The notes beneath the pieces are model-generated. The model had not been told where the DNA came from, searched no databases, and worked only from the letters and a program-made list of their open reading frames with translations. From positions 49,386 to 113,385 of the IMG/VR virus record IMGVR_UViG_2857429247_000001: a DNA stretch of 64,000 nt; one strand, given 5' to 3'. Every line of letters begins with the position of its first letter. The stretch's first letter is position 1. A program made the position numbers and the translations under genes. The DNA comes from a virus (Duplodnaviria > Caudoviricetes). Shown here piece after piece: positions 36,950 to 46,976 of the stretch.

Positions 36950-38428
36950 ATGCTGCGCACGCTCTACTCCCCGCTCCTCAAGACCGAGGAGAACGACGAC
37001 GGCACGCTGACCGTCGAGGGCATCGCCTCGGCCGAGACGGTCGACGCCACCGGCGAGACCGTCCTCGCGTCCGCCATGGAGGCGGCGCTGCCCGAATTCT
37101 TCGCCTACGGCACCGGCAACCTGCGCGAGATGCACCAGCTCTCGGCCGCCGGCACGGTCGACGTGGCCGAAGTGAACGACGATGGCCTGACCCGCATCTC
37201 GGCCACCGTCGTCGATCCCGTCGCGATCAAGAAGGTCCAGAGCGGGACGTACAAGGGGTTCTCGATCGGCGGGAAGGTGCTCGCCCGGGATCCGAAAGAC
37301 CGCAAGGTCATCACCAAGATCAGGCTCGTCGAGATCTCGCTCGTGGATCGTCCGTGTAACCCGGACGCCAAGATCGAGGTCTGGAAGGCCGATGCAGAAG
37401 GCACCAGCATGGATCCCGAGACCGAGGGCGCCGCCGCGCCCGAGCCCGTGACGCCGCCCGTCGCGGCCCCGGCCGCCGCCACGACCGCCCCGGTCCCGGC
37501 CGCCGACGTCGCCAAGTCCGAGTCGGCCAAGTCCGAGCCGGCCGCCGTCGAGGCGCCCGCCGCCCCCGCGGTCGAGGCCGCCGCCGCGGCGGCCGCCGAG
37601 ATCGCTCCGGCCGCCGTCGAGCCCCCGGCCGCCGCCGCGGTCGAGCCGACCACCGAGACCGCAGCCGAGACCGTCGTCGAGGAGGCCGCGAAGGCCGAGG
37701 TGGCGCCGGCCGCGCCCGCGCCGCTGGCGCGCGCCATGGCCGCCCTGGACGCGCTGGATGCCGCGGTCACCAAGGCCGCCGGCGGCGAGGGTCTCGCCAA
37801 GGGCATGTACACCGTCCGCTCGTTCGCGGAGGTGCTGTCCTCGATCGCCTACATCGTCTCCGACCTGAAGTCGGAAGCCGAGTTCGAGGGCGACGGCTCG
37901 CCGGTCCCGGCCAAGATGCAGGCGTGGCTCCTCGCCGGCGTGCCGCTCTTCAAGGAGATGGCCGCCGAGGAGATCGACGAGCTCGTCGCGCGCGTCACCG
38001 CCCAGAAGGCCGAGGGCGCCTCCGCGCTCAGCGCGGCCGCCGAGGCCGACGCGCTCGCCAAGGCGCAGGCGCTCGTCGCCGACGAGACCGCCGCCCTCAA
38101 GGCCCAGATCGACGAGCGGGACAGCGCGCTGGTGAAGCTCGCCGACCGCGTCGAACCCCTCGCCGCCACGGTGGACGCGCTCTCCAAGCGCCTCGCCGCC
38201 GTCGAGGCTCAGCCCGCCCCGCCGAAGACGGCCGGGGTGCTCGGCAAGGCTGCCGTGGTCTCCGTCTCCAAGGAGCAGGACTCGGCCGGCATCGCCGCTT
38301 CGGAGCCGCAGTCGGCCACGCTGACCCCGGAAGATGCTCGCAAGGCCCTCGAGGCCATGCCGGAGCAGGAGCGTGGGCATCTGCTGATGAAGGCCGCGCT
38401 GGCCATGCCGCGGCGCATCGGCGGCTAA
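36950..38428 (+). CDS. Prohead protease fused to an Ala/Pro-rich and coiled-coil scaffold region
   Basis: VEGIASAE.VD..GE, LREMHQ, GTYKGFSIGG, LVEISLVDRPCNPDA. Confidence 0.88.
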   Translation: MLRTLYSPLLKTEENDDGTLTVEGIASAETVDATGETVLASAMEAALPEFFAYGTGNLREMHQLSAAGTVDVAEVNDDGLTRISATVVDPVAIKKVQSGTYKGFSIGGKVLARDPKDRKVITKIRLVEISLVDRPCNPDAKIEVWKADAEGTSMDPETEGAAAPEPVTPPVAAPAAATTAPVPAADVAKSESAKSEPAAVEAPAAPAVEAAAAAAAEIAPAAVEPPAAAAVEPTTETAAETVVEEAAKAEVAPAAPAPLARAMAALDALDAAVTKAAGGEGLAKGMYTVRSFAEVLSSIAYIVSDLKSEAEFEGDGSPVPAKMQAWLLAGVPLFKEMAAEEIDELVARVTAQKAEGASALSAAAEADALAKAQALVADETAALKAQIDERDSALVKLADRVEPLAATVDALSKRLAAVEAQPAPPKTAGVLGKAAVVSVSKEQDSAGIAASEPQSATLTPEDARKALEAMPEQERGHLLMKAALAMPRRIGG

Positions 38429-38467
38429 CCGCCCTCCCCCTTCGACCCGGCTCCGCCGGCCCCGTCC

Positions 38468-38494
38468 ACCGCCCCTCACCTGGGCGGTTTTTTT
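38468..38494 (+). terminator. Intrinsic terminator between protease and capsid genes
   Basis: accgccc-ctcacct-gggcggt followed by TTTTTT. Confidence 0.7.
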
Positions 38495-38516
38495 GTGCCG
38501 TCAGGAACGACCCTTC

Positions 38517-40055
38517 ATGTCCACCATCAACGACCAGAACGCGACCGCCGACCTGGTGAAGGCTTCCTTCGCCAAGCCGTCCGAGGACATCGCCCGCACC
38601 ATCCTGACCGCGGCCGGTCTCGGCACCGACGAGCTCGCCAAGTCGATCACGACCGGCACCGGCCTCGTCGCCTACGACCTGCAGGCCCCGGCCAAGAACC
38701 TCTACCCGGTCGTCACCCCGCTCCGGAACCGCATCCCGCGCATCCCCGGCGGCATCGGCACCGCGACGAACTGGAAGCAGGTCAACGCGATCCTGGGCTC
38801 CGGCTTCGACAACACCGGCTGGGTGCCCGAGGGCCAGCGCTCCGGCACGATGTCCTACTCGACCTCGAACAAGTCGGCCGCCTACGCCACGCTCGGCGAG
38901 GAGGACAACGCGACCTTCGAGGCGATCAACGCCGGTCGCGGCTTCGAGGACATCCGCGCCTCGATGTCGATGCGCCTGCTCCAGAAGACCATGCTCAAGG
39001 AGGAGACCGCCATTCTCGGCGGCAACGCCTCCCTGCAGCTCGGCACCCCCGCCGCTCCGGTCCTCTCGGCCGCCGGCTCCAGCGCCACGCTCGCCGCCGC
39101 CACCTACTCGGTCATCGTCGTCGCCCTGACGCTCGAGGGCTATCGCAACTCGTCCGTCACCAACGGCGTCGCGACCAGCAAGACCGTCACCGGCGCCGAC
39201 GGCAACAACTTCACGGTGTTCGGTGGCTCGTCCAACAAGTCGGCGGGCGCCACCCAGGCCGTGACCCTCGGCCAGGCCCTGTCGGCCACCGTCGCCCCGA
39301 TCCAGGGCGCGATGGGCTACGCGTGGTTCGCCGGCCCGGCGGGCTCCGAGACGCTCCAGGCGATCACCCCGATCAACTCGGTGGTGTTCTCCGCGCCGCT
39401 GTCCACCGGCGGTCAGCCGGTCTCGGCCGTTACCCAGGACTGCTCGACCAACTCGACCGCCTTCGACGGTCTGGCCACCGTCGCGCTGAAGACCGGCAAC
39501 GGCGCCTACGTGCGCTATCTGCCGACCGGCAACGCCGGCCAGGGCACCACGCTGACCCCGTCGGGCCGCGGCTCCTGCGTCGAGGTCGACGACATGCTCC
39601 AGAGCATGTGGGACGCCTACCAAGTGTCGCCCGACGTGCTCTACGTGAACTCCCAGGAGATCCGGAGCCTGTCGGCCGTGTGCCTGTCGAGCGGCTCCTC
39701 GCCGCTGCTCCAGTACTTCCAGAGCCCGGAGGCGGCCTACGGCCTCACCGGTGGCGGCACGATCTCGTACTACTACAACCCGTTCATGCTGAACGGCGGC
39801 CAGCGGATGCCGGTGAAGATCCACCCGCAGGTGCCCCCGGGCACGATCCTGGCGTGGTGCGAGACCCTCCCGGTCCAGTACCAGTCGAACGAGGTCCCGA
39901 ACGTTGCCGAGATGAAGGTGCGTCAGGACTATTACCAGATCGACTGGCCGATCAAGACGCGCCGCCGCGAGTCGGGCGTCTACGTCGAGGAGACCCTGGC
40001 TGTTTATGCTCCGTTTGCAATGGGCGTAATCAGCAATATCGCGAAGCGCAGCTGA
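38517..40055 (+). CDS. Major capsid protein (512 aa, probable inserted domain)
   Basis: Position after the protease, very strong codon bias, YDLQAPAKNLYP..TPLRNRIPR N-terminus. Confidence 0.85.
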   Translation: MSTINDQNATADLVKASFAKPSEDIARTILTAAGLGTDELAKSITTGTGLVAYDLQAPAKNLYPVVTPLRNRIPRIPGGIGTATNWKQVNAILGSGFDNTGWVPEGQRSGTMSYSTSNKSAAYATLGEEDNATFEAINAGRGFEDIRASMSMRLLQKTMLKEETAILGGNASLQLGTPAAPVLSAAGSSATLAAATYSVIVVALTLEGYRNSSVTNGVATSKTVTGADGNNFTVFGGSSNKSAGATQAVTLGQALSATVAPIQGAMGYAWFAGPAGSETLQAITPINSVVFSAPLSTGGQPVSAVTQDCSTNSTAFDGLATVALKTGNGAYVRYLPTGNAGQGTTLTPSGRGSCVEVDDMLQSMWDAYQVSPDVLYVNSQEIRSLSAVCLSSGSSPLLQYFQSPEAAYGLTGGGTISYYYNPFMLNGGQRMPVKIHPQVPPGTILAWCETLPVQYQSNEVPNVAEMKVRQDYYQIDWPIKTRRRESGVYVEETLAVYAPFAMGVISNIAKRS

Positions 40056-40125
40056 TATTCGTTGCGGCGGGCATCTGCTCCGTTATGATCGGTTGATCTT
40101 CTGGACGCTCAACGGTCCCGCCGCG

Positions 40126-40989
40126 ATGAACTACTGCGAACAGGGCCGATCCGGCATATACGTCATTCGCTGTGTACTCAGCGGGCGCGTCTACGTCGGG
40201 TCGGCAGTGCGAGTTAGGAAGCGTTGGGAAGCCCATCGTCGTCTTCTGAGATCGGGCAAGCATCATTCCCAGGTGCTGCAGCGGTCCTGGGACAAGTATG
40301 GTGCGGAGTCGTTCTCGTTCGAGCTGGTCGAGCCAGTTTCGGATTTGGCGATGCTGATCCCGCGCGAGCAGGCCTGGATCGATGCCCTGAGCGCTGCATG
40401 TCCGAGACGAGGCATGAACCGCTCACCGACGGCAGGGAACTGCCTCGGCGTCGTCCATTCCTTGGAGACGCGTCAGAAGCTTTCAGCGCAGCGCCGCGGT
40501 GTTCCGAAGACGGTAGCGCATCGCGCGGCCATCGGAGCGGCTCAGGTTGGAAGGATCATTCCGCCCGACCAGCGTGCGCTGCTTTCTGATGCGACCCGCC
40601 GGTTCTTCGCCGATAATGCCGGGGCCCGGGAGCGAATGCGCGAAGTCGGCCTTCGAAATGGGGCCGCTAGCAAGGGGCGTCAGGTCGATTTCGAAGAGCG
40701 GCGGATGATGTCGGAGGTCAGAAAAGCCTCCCTGACCTTTAGGACTGCGGCGATCGCGAACTTGGCGAAAGTCACACCTGAGCACCGTGCCGCCGCCGCT
40801 CTGAAGACCTCTGAGAAGCTGAAGGGCAGACCGCGTCACGACAAGCGATCGCTTTCTTTCGAGCAGGCTGAGCAAATCAGAGCCGAGAAGGCGGAGGGCT
40901 GCACGTACGCTCAGCTGTCCGCCCGATACGGACTCTCTCGGCCCACCCTGTTCTTAATCGTGAAACGCCAGACCTACGCGGCTCCCTAG
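40126..40989 (+). CDS. Free-standing GIY-YIG homing endonuclease with NUMOD3-like and C-terminal HTH motifs
   Basis: SGIYVIRC..SGRVYVGSA..R.RW..H, LQRSWDKYG..SF.FE, REQAWID, HSLETRQKLS. Confidence 0.9.
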   Translation: MNYCEQGRSGIYVIRCVLSGRVYVGSAVRVRKRWEAHRRLLRSGKHHSQVLQRSWDKYGAESFSFELVEPVSDLAMLIPREQAWIDALSAACPRRGMNRSPTAGNCLGVVHSLETRQKLSAQRRGVPKTVAHRAAIGAAQVGRIIPPDQRALLSDATRRFFADNAGARERMREVGLRNGAASKGRQVDFEERRMMSEVRKASLTFRTAAIANLAKVTPEHRAAAALKTSEKLKGRPRHDKRSLSFEQAEQIRAEKAEGCTYAQLSARYGLSRPTLFLIVKRQTYAAP

Positions 40990-41033
40990 CCGATCCGATA
41001 GGGGTCGGCGGCCGCCTCCTTGATGAGGACGAG

Positions 41034-41564
41034 ATGGCCCAGAACCCCCGCAAGACGAAGCTCCGGGCCGCGCCCGGCACCACCGACGTGACCGTCGGAA
41101 CCGAGACCCTGCCGATCGCCTCCGACGGCACCGTGACCGTGCCGTCGGAAGCCGTCGCCAGCCTCACTGGGGTCGGCGGCTTCGCGCTCGACCCGGTCGA
41201 CATCGCCCCGCCCCCGGACGGGCACGTCGAGGTCGATCACGACGACGCCGGCGCCACTCTCTCGATCGACGGCCGCACGTTCGGCCGCGGCGAGGACGGG
41301 CGCATGTTCCTGCCGATGTCGGCCGTGCCGAGCCTGGAAGCCCACGGTTTCCGGCTGATCAGCCTGGAGCAGGTCGCCGCCAAGGCCCGGGCCGCCCTCG
41401 GGGCGCTCGAGCAGGGCGACGAAGCGGACTCCGCCGAGGACGAGCCCGACGCTCCCAACCCGGACGAGACCGATCCGCCCACCGACCCGGCGGCAGATCC
41501 GGCGCCGGCGCCCGACGCGTCCCAGCCCGACGACGCCGACTCGACCGCCGCGCCGGCGGCCTGA
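41034..41564 (+). CDS. Hypothetical head-associated protein
   Basis: GAGG RBS; internally repeated beta motif, acidic tail. Confidence 0.65.
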   Translation: MAQNPRKTKLRAAPGTTDVTVGTETLPIASDGTVTVPSEAVASLTGVGGFALDPVDIAPPPDGHVEVDHDDAGATLSIDGRTFGRGEDGRMFLPMSAVPSLEAHGFRLISLEQVAAKARAALGALEQGDEADSAEDEPDAPNPDETDPPTDPAADPAPAPDASQPDDADSTAAPAA

Positions 41565-41610
41565 TCCACGCCCGCCCGCGCCTCCGCGGGATCTCCGGAA
41601 GGTCTCAGCG

Positions 41611-42234
41611 ATGCCCCTGCCCACCGGGACCTCTCCGGACGATCTCGTCGACGTCGCGACCGCACGGGCCTGGATCGGCCTGCCGCCGCTCGCCGACGGC
41701 GCCACCGACCCCGTGATGCAGCTCGCGATCACGGCAGTCTCGCAGCGGATCGCGACGTGGTGCTCGCGCACCTTCGTCCCGACGGCCGCCACCGAGGTCT
41801 ATGACGGCGTCGGATCGGCCCTGCTGTGCCTGCGCCGCTTCCCGATCATCAGCCTGGACAGCGTCGTCGTCGACGGCGTCCCGGCGCCGCTGATCGAGGC
41901 AGGCAGCATGGCCTACGGCGTCTCGCACGATGGCCGGCGCACGCTGAGCTACCGCGGCGGCGAGTTCAGTCGCGGGCGCCAGAACGTGCTGATCGGCTAC
42001 ACGGCCGGACTCGATCCGATCCCGGCCGATATCGGCATGGCCTGCCTCGACTGGCTCGCGGCTGGCTACCTCGCGCGCGGGCGCTCGCCCGACGTGGTGG
42101 AGCGCAAGGACGGTGACTCCTCCGAGAAGTACGCCGCCTCCAGCGCGACCGTGACGATCCGGGGGCGCACCGTGCCGATGCCGGCCTCCGTCTATGCGAC
42201 CCTGTCGCGAATCCAGGACAACGTGCCGGTCTGA
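41611..42234 (+). CDS. Head-tail connector/adaptor protein
   Basis: CSRTF...EVYDG, LRRFPI.SLDSV, YTAG...IPADI..AC. Confidence 0.8.
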   Translation: MPLPTGTSPDDLVDVATARAWIGLPPLADGATDPVMQLAITAVSQRIATWCSRTFVPTAATEVYDGVGSALLCLRRFPIISLDSVVVDGVPAPLIEAGSMAYGVSHDGRRTLSYRGGEFSRGRQNVLIGYTAGLDPIPADIGMACLDWLAAGYLARGRSPDVVERKDGDSSEKYAASSATVTIRGRTVPMPASVYATLSRIQDNVPV

Positions 42235-42240
42235 TCCGCC

Positions 42241-42603
42241 ATGCCCCCGTTCTACTTCGAGCGGACGATCACGATCGCCCGCCCCGGGATCCGCGCCGGC
42301 ATCGCGCCGGTGGGCAAGCAGGGCTACGGCGGCTCGTCCCGTGCGGACGAGGTCGTGCGCTACACCGACATCCCGGCGACGATCCAGTATTCCGCGACCG
42401 CGCGCACCACCGGCGTGCAGCTGCCCTCCGACGCGCGCGTGCTCACCGACTGGAAGATCATCGTGCCCGTCGGCTACCTGCCCGACGACGCGGTGATCGA
42501 GCGCGACATCGTCACCTCCGACCTGGGCAAGCGCTACCAGGTGCTCGCCGCGCGCCCCAGCCGCCTCGGCTTCCAGATGCGCGCCTCGCTCCTGCAGGTC
42601 TGA
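42241..42603 (+). CDS. Putative head-closure (stopper) protein
   Basis: Position; RTITI.RP...DIV.SDLGKRYQV. Confidence 0.65.
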   Translation: MPPFYFERTITIARPGIRAGIAPVGKQGYGGSSRADEVVRYTDIPATIQYSATARTTGVQLPSDARVLTDWKIIVPVGYLPDDAVIERDIVTSDLGKRYQVLAARPSRLGFQMRASLLQV

Positions 42604-42638
42604 CCGCTGGCCCGAGACGCCCCCCTTCAGGATCGACC

Positions 42639-42839
42639 ATGGCCGACACCGTATCGCTTCGCGTGCGCTTCACGCTGCGCTGGTGGGCGCGTCCGCTCGT
42701 GCGGGCCGCGCTCATCGCCGCGCTGCTCCGCGTGCCGGTCGACATCGACCGGCTGGGGCAGCTGATCGCCACCCACGGCGCGCGCTACCACGTCGAGAGC
42801 CGCGCGGCCGACCGCGTGAGCGAGACCGCCCGTGGCTGA
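42639..42839 (+). CDS. Small hypothetical protein
   Basis: AGGA RBS, operonic. Confidence 0.45.
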   Translation: MADTVSLRVRFTLRWWARPLVRAALIAALLRVPVDIDRLGQLIATHGARYHVESRAADRVSETARG

Positions 42840-43683
42840 CGAGAGCGAGGTCGAGGACGCGCTCTGCGACTTCATCGTCGCCACGTTGTACCCCGGCGGC
42901 ACCGAGGGGCTGGACGCGTCCGCGCCGAGCCTCGCTGGCGCACCCGCGAAGGTCCAGCGCGGGATGCCGCTCTCCCTCGATCTCGAGGCGATGATCGCGG
43001 CCGGTGTGATCGATATCGCGGTTGCGGCGCGCAACGGCGTGGAACGGGTGACGACGCGCTATTCGCGCAAGTGGGAGATGCTGATCCCGCCTGTGCACAC
43101 CATCACGGTGACGCCGCCGAGCCAGACGATCACCCTCGGCGGCACCGTCTCGGTGCCGCAGAACGTGGCTCTCGGCTGGGGGCCGCACGCGCACACGATC
43201 CATGCCGTCCAGGCCGGCGAGAGCCTCCAAGACATCGCCGCGGCGCTCGCCGCCGCCCTGGTCGCGCAGGGCGCGCCGGTCGTGGCCTCGGGCACGAGCC
43301 TCACCGTCGCGTCGGGCCCGGACCTGCGGGCGCGTGTCGGCGGCTTCGGGACGATGGCGCGGGAGCTGAAACGGCAGGACAAGTCGTTTCAGATCACGAT
43401 CTTCACGCCGACGCCGGAGCTGCGCGACGACGTCGCCAAGATCATCGATCCCGCTCTGGCGAACATCAATTTCCTCACACTTCCCGACCGCACGCGAGGA
43501 CTGGTCCGTTACGAGCGGACCATCGTCATCGACACGTACGAGAAGATGACGGAATACCGTCGCGATCTGTTCTTCTGGGTAGAGTACCCGACGATCACGA
43601 CGATGCAGGCGCCGGAGGTGATCGCGATCGGATCGACCAGCGGGTCGGACGACACGCCTCGCCCCCAACGCTTCTTCCCCTGA
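42832..43683 (+). CDS. Putative tail terminator/neck protein
   Basis: Position upstream of sheath; YRRDLFFWVEYPT. Confidence 0.6.
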   Translation: MADESEVEDALCDFIVATLYPGGTEGLDASAPSLAGAPAKVQRGMPLSLDLEAMIAAGVIDIAVAARNGVERVTTRYSRKWEMLIPPVHTITVTPPSQTITLGGTVSVPQNVALGWGPHAHTIHAVQAGESLQDIAAALAAALVAQGAPVVASGTSLTVASGPDLRARVGGFGTMARELKRQDKSFQITIFTPTPELRDDVAKIIDPALANINFLTLPDRTRGLVRYERTIVIDTYEKMTEYRRDLFFWVEYPTITTMQAPEVIAIGSTSGSDDTPRPQRFFP

Positions 43684-43697
43684 TCAGGAGACGCCGC

Positions 43698-43976
43698 ATG
43701 CCCGGCATCGAACTCACCGTCCTGCACGACTTCGGCCAGTACGTCCGCGGGATGTTCATCACCGCCGAGGAGGAGATCCTGGCGGTCCTCGGTAGCGAGA
43801 ACGCCAACCGCGTCACCAAGGTCGCCGCCGGCACCCACGCGGCGGCCGAAGCCGCGGTCGCCAAGGTCGAGGCCGTCGCCGCCGCCGTCGAGTCCGCGCC
43901 CGCGAAGGTCGAGGCGGCCGCGAAGGCTGCCGTGGCCGACGTGAAGGCCGCTGCGGCTGACGGCGCGAAGGCCTGA
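43698..43976 (+). CDS. Small tail-associated hypothetical protein
   Basis: AGGAG RBS, Ala/Lys-rich tail. Confidence 0.6.
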   Translation: MPGIELTVLHDFGQYVRGMFITAEEEILAVLGSENANRVTKVAAGTHAAAEAAVAKVEAVAAAVESAPAKVEAAAKAAVADVKAAAADGAKA

Positions 43977-43980
43977 TCCG

Positions 43981-44262
43981 ATGCGGCGCACGCGCACCCG
44001 CCAGGAGCGGAGACACGTGGATCGGGGCTGCCCCGCCGAACTGCGGCGGCGCGCCTACCAGTCCCTGATGCTGGGCATCCGGCAGCAGGGCATCCTGCGC
44101 GGCGAGCGGCTCCCCGATCTCGTCGCGCGCGTCTGCCCCTCGGTTCTCTCCTTCGTGGCGCTGGAGGGCTACCGGGCCGATCTCGATCTGCCCGAGAACA
44201 CGCACGAGGCCCTGTGCCGCGGCGTGATCGCCATGGAGCTGCGCCGGCTCCCCGCGGCCTGA
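43981..44262 (+). CDS. Hypothetical protein
   Basis: Operonic; start may be the GTG at 44017. Confidence 0.5.
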   Translation: MRRTRTRQERRHVDRGCPAELRRRAYQSLMLGIRQQGILRGERLPDLVARVCPSVLSFVALEGYRADLDLPENTHEALCRGVIAMELRRLPAA

Positions 44263-44396
44263 TCGGCCGTCATAGCGGCCTCGCGCCGCCCTCCTCACAC
44301 CAGGCCCTCTCCAGGCCCTCAGATCCGGCCCGCCCGCGGCGCCGGACCCGCGCGCACGCGCCGACGGCTCTCGCCGTCTCGGAGTGATCCTCTTCC

Positions 44397-45929
44397 ATGC
44401 CCCAGGTCGTCCAGCAGGGCCAGATCAACACGGCCGCGCTGTCGGTCGCGGACCTCTACGTCACGATCGTCCCGCCGCAGCTCCTCATCAACGGCGTCGC
44501 CACCAACGTCATCGGACTCGTCTGCACGGCGAGCTGGGGGCAGGTGAACGGCTCGCCCGGCATCGTCGGCAGCTATGCCAGCCACGCGCTCCAGTACGGG
44601 CCGATGCAGGCGCGCAAGTACGATGGCGGGACCGCGGTCTTCAACATCTACCAGCAGGGCAATCAGCCCGTCGTGATGGTCTCCCGCGTCACCGATGGCA
44701 GCGACGTCGCGGCCACGGTGATCGTGCAGACGAACTGCCTGACCCTCACCTCGAAGTTCACCGGTTCGCTCGCCAACAAGGACCAGGCCTCGATTGGGCC
44801 CGGCTCGGCGGTCGGAACCTTCAAGGTGGTGCTCACGCGGCCCGGCCAAGTCGGCGAGGTGTTCGACAACATCGCCGGCACCGGCAATGCCCTGTGGGTG
44901 AACATCGCCAACGCGATCAACCTCGGGCAGTTCGGCGCCCGCGGGCCGTCGAACCTGTTCATCGCCACGGCCGGCGCCGGCACGACCGCCCCGACCACGG
45001 CGGTCTACACGGCGTCCGGCGGCACCGACGGCGCCGACACCGTGACCGGCTCGACGCTGCTCGGCGTCGACAGCCTGCCGCGTTCCGGCCTCTACGCGCT
45101 GCGCGGGTCGGGCGCCCAGATCGGCATGCTGACCGATTGCGACGACTCGACCACGTGGACGGCTCAGATCGCCTACGGTCTCGGCGAGGGCACCTACATG
45201 GTGGCATGCGGGCCGTCCGGCGATACGATCAGCAACGCGGTCTCGGTGAAGGCGTCGGCCGGCATCGACAGCTACGCGCTGAAGCTGATGCTCGGCGACT
45301 GGGTCTACTTCAATGACACGACCAACGGCCAGATCCGTCTGACCTCGCCGCAAGCGTTCGTCGCCGGCCAGCTCGGCAATCTCGCGCCGAACCAGTCGAC
45401 CCTGAACAAGCCGATGAACGGCATCGTCGGTACGCAGAAGTCCGTCACCGGAGTGAAATACACCAACGCCGAGCTTCAGGTGCTGGCCAATGCCGGCATC
45501 GATGTCATCTGTAACCCGATCCCGTATGGCTCGGTCTTCGGCTGCCGCAACGGGCGCAACACGTCGTCCAACGCCTCGATCCGCGGCGACAACTACACGC
45601 GTATGACCAACTTCATCGCGTTCACGATCGCATCCGGGCTCGGCAAATACGTCGGCACGCTCAACACGCCGGAGCAGCGCCTGGATGCGAAGGCGACGCT
45701 CGATCTGTTCTTCTTCAACGTCCAGCAGCAGGGCCTGATCGGCTCGCGCTCCGGGCCGGACGCGTGGAACACGGTGCTGGACGACTCCAACAACCCGGAC
45801 TCGCGTACCTCGCTCGGCTACGAGCAGGCCGACGTTCAGGTGAAGTACCAGAGCGTGACCGAATTCTTCCTGGTGAACATGCAGGGCGGCCAGACCGTCA
45901 CGATCACCAAGACGACGACCACGAACTGA
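44397..45929 (+). CDS. Tail sheath protein
   Basis: 510 aa; DLYVTIVPP, IGLV.TASWG, GGTDG, GLYAL, NYTRMTNFI, VKYQSVTEFF. Confidence 0.9.
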   Translation: MPQVVQQGQINTAALSVADLYVTIVPPQLLINGVATNVIGLVCTASWGQVNGSPGIVGSYASHALQYGPMQARKYDGGTAVFNIYQQGNQPVVMVSRVTDGSDVAATVIVQTNCLTLTSKFTGSLANKDQASIGPGSAVGTFKVVLTRPGQVGEVFDNIAGTGNALWVNIANAINLGQFGARGPSNLFIATAGAGTTAPTTAVYTASGGTDGADTVTGSTLLGVDSLPRSGLYALRGSGAQIGMLTDCDDSTTWTAQIAYGLGEGTYMVACGPSGDTISNAVSVKASAGIDSYALKLMLGDWVYFNDTTNGQIRLTSPQAFVAGQLGNLAPNQSTLNKPMNGIVGTQKSVTGVKYTNAELQVLANAGIDVICNPIPYGSVFGCRNGRNTSSNASIRGDNYTRMTNFIAFTIASGLGKYVGTLNTPEQRLDAKATLDLFFFNVQQQGLIGSRSGPDAWNTVLDDSNNPDSRTSLGYEQADVQVKYQSVTEFFLVNMQGGQTVTITKTTTTN

Positions 45930-46050
45930 TCTCGCAGCCGGGGCGCGTCTTCGCCCCGGCCCTCAGCCCTGCCCTTCATTCCGCCACGCCCTGACGGCGC
46001 CGCCCCCCCGTGCGCGCCGCCGTCCGCGTGCGCATCTGCCAGGGATCCCC

Positions 46051-46479
46051 ATGGCCGGAGATTTCAACACCGGGCGCGACATCACCGTCGTGATCACCGG
46101 TCCGAACGGCACCGTCACGCTCAACTACGTGACGTCGTTCGACCGCAAGCAGAACGTCACGAAGCTCAAGTCGAGCTGCATCGACGGCATCACACGTCAC
46201 GAGAACATCCCGGACGACTGGAGCGGCTCGATCGGCCTCGACCGCGCCGGACGCGAGGTCGACGATCTGATCTACGCCCTCGAGGCCGGTTATTTCGCCG
46301 GTCAGAAGACCGCGAAGGGCACGATCACCGAGACGATCCAGGAGGTCGACCAGTCGATCTCCCAGTGGCGCTATGCGCCGTGCGTATTCGACCTCTCCGA
46401 CGCCGGCAAGTGGGCCAAGGACTCGAAGGTCGAGCCCAAGCTCGAGTTCGCCGCGAGCCGCCGCACCCTCGTCAAGTGA
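46051..46479 (+). CDS. Tail tube protein
   Basis: 142 aa directly after the sheath gene. Confidence 0.8.
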   Translation: MAGDFNTGRDITVVITGPNGTVTLNYVTSFDRKQNVTKLKSSCIDGITRHENIPDDWSGSIGLDRAGREVDDLIYALEAGYFAGQKTAKGTITETIQEVDQSISQWRYAPCVFDLSDAGKWAKDSKVEPKLEFAASRRTLVK

Positions 46480-46562
46480 TCGGCAAGGCCGGCGCGCCCG
46501 CGCGCCGGCTCCCCGATCCCTTGGCAGTCCCCTGCCCTTCAACCTGCCCCAGAGAGACGCCC

Positions 46563-46976
46563 ATGTCGAAAGTCACCGTGCGCTCCGGCGCCTCCCGAGC
46601 TGCCGCGCCCGAACTCGCCGCGCTGCCGGATGAAGAGTTCTTCGTCGACGCGAAGGGCCGCCGCATCGCCATGCGCACCCTGAGCATCCTTGATCAGATG
46701 CGCCTGCTCCGGATGCTCGGCGGCGAGAACGGGCCCTACTACACGTTCTGCATGCGTCTCGCCCGCGTTGCCTCGATCGACGGCGACCCGATCCCGGTCC
46801 CGCAGAAGGCCATCACGTTCGAGCACCTCGCCCAGCGCTTGGGTGACGCCGGCGTGATCGCGCTGACGATGCACCTCGCCGGCGGCGAGGAGGAGGACGA
46901 GGAGGCAGATCCGGTCGCCGCCAAGGCCGAGGCCGAGGCGCGGGACAAGGCGGAGCGGGCCGCCGTAAAAAACTAG
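46563..46976 (+). CDS. Tail assembly chaperone (gpG-like)
   Basis: Position after the tube gene; ends ...AVKN* on a slippery sequence. Confidence 0.8.
   Translation: MSKVTVRSGASRAAAPELAALPDEEFFVDAKGRRIAMRTLSILDQMRLLRMLGGENGPYYTFCMRLARVASIDGDPIPVPQKAITFEHLAQRLGDAGVIALTMHLAGGEEEDEEADPVAAKAEAEARDKAERAAVKN

Noticed and set aside
40056-41033. Group I intron carrying the GIY-YIG ORF
   Set aside because: The capsid gene ends with its own stop, the flanks are only about 70 and 45 bp, and no intron core elements are visible. Treated as free-standing.
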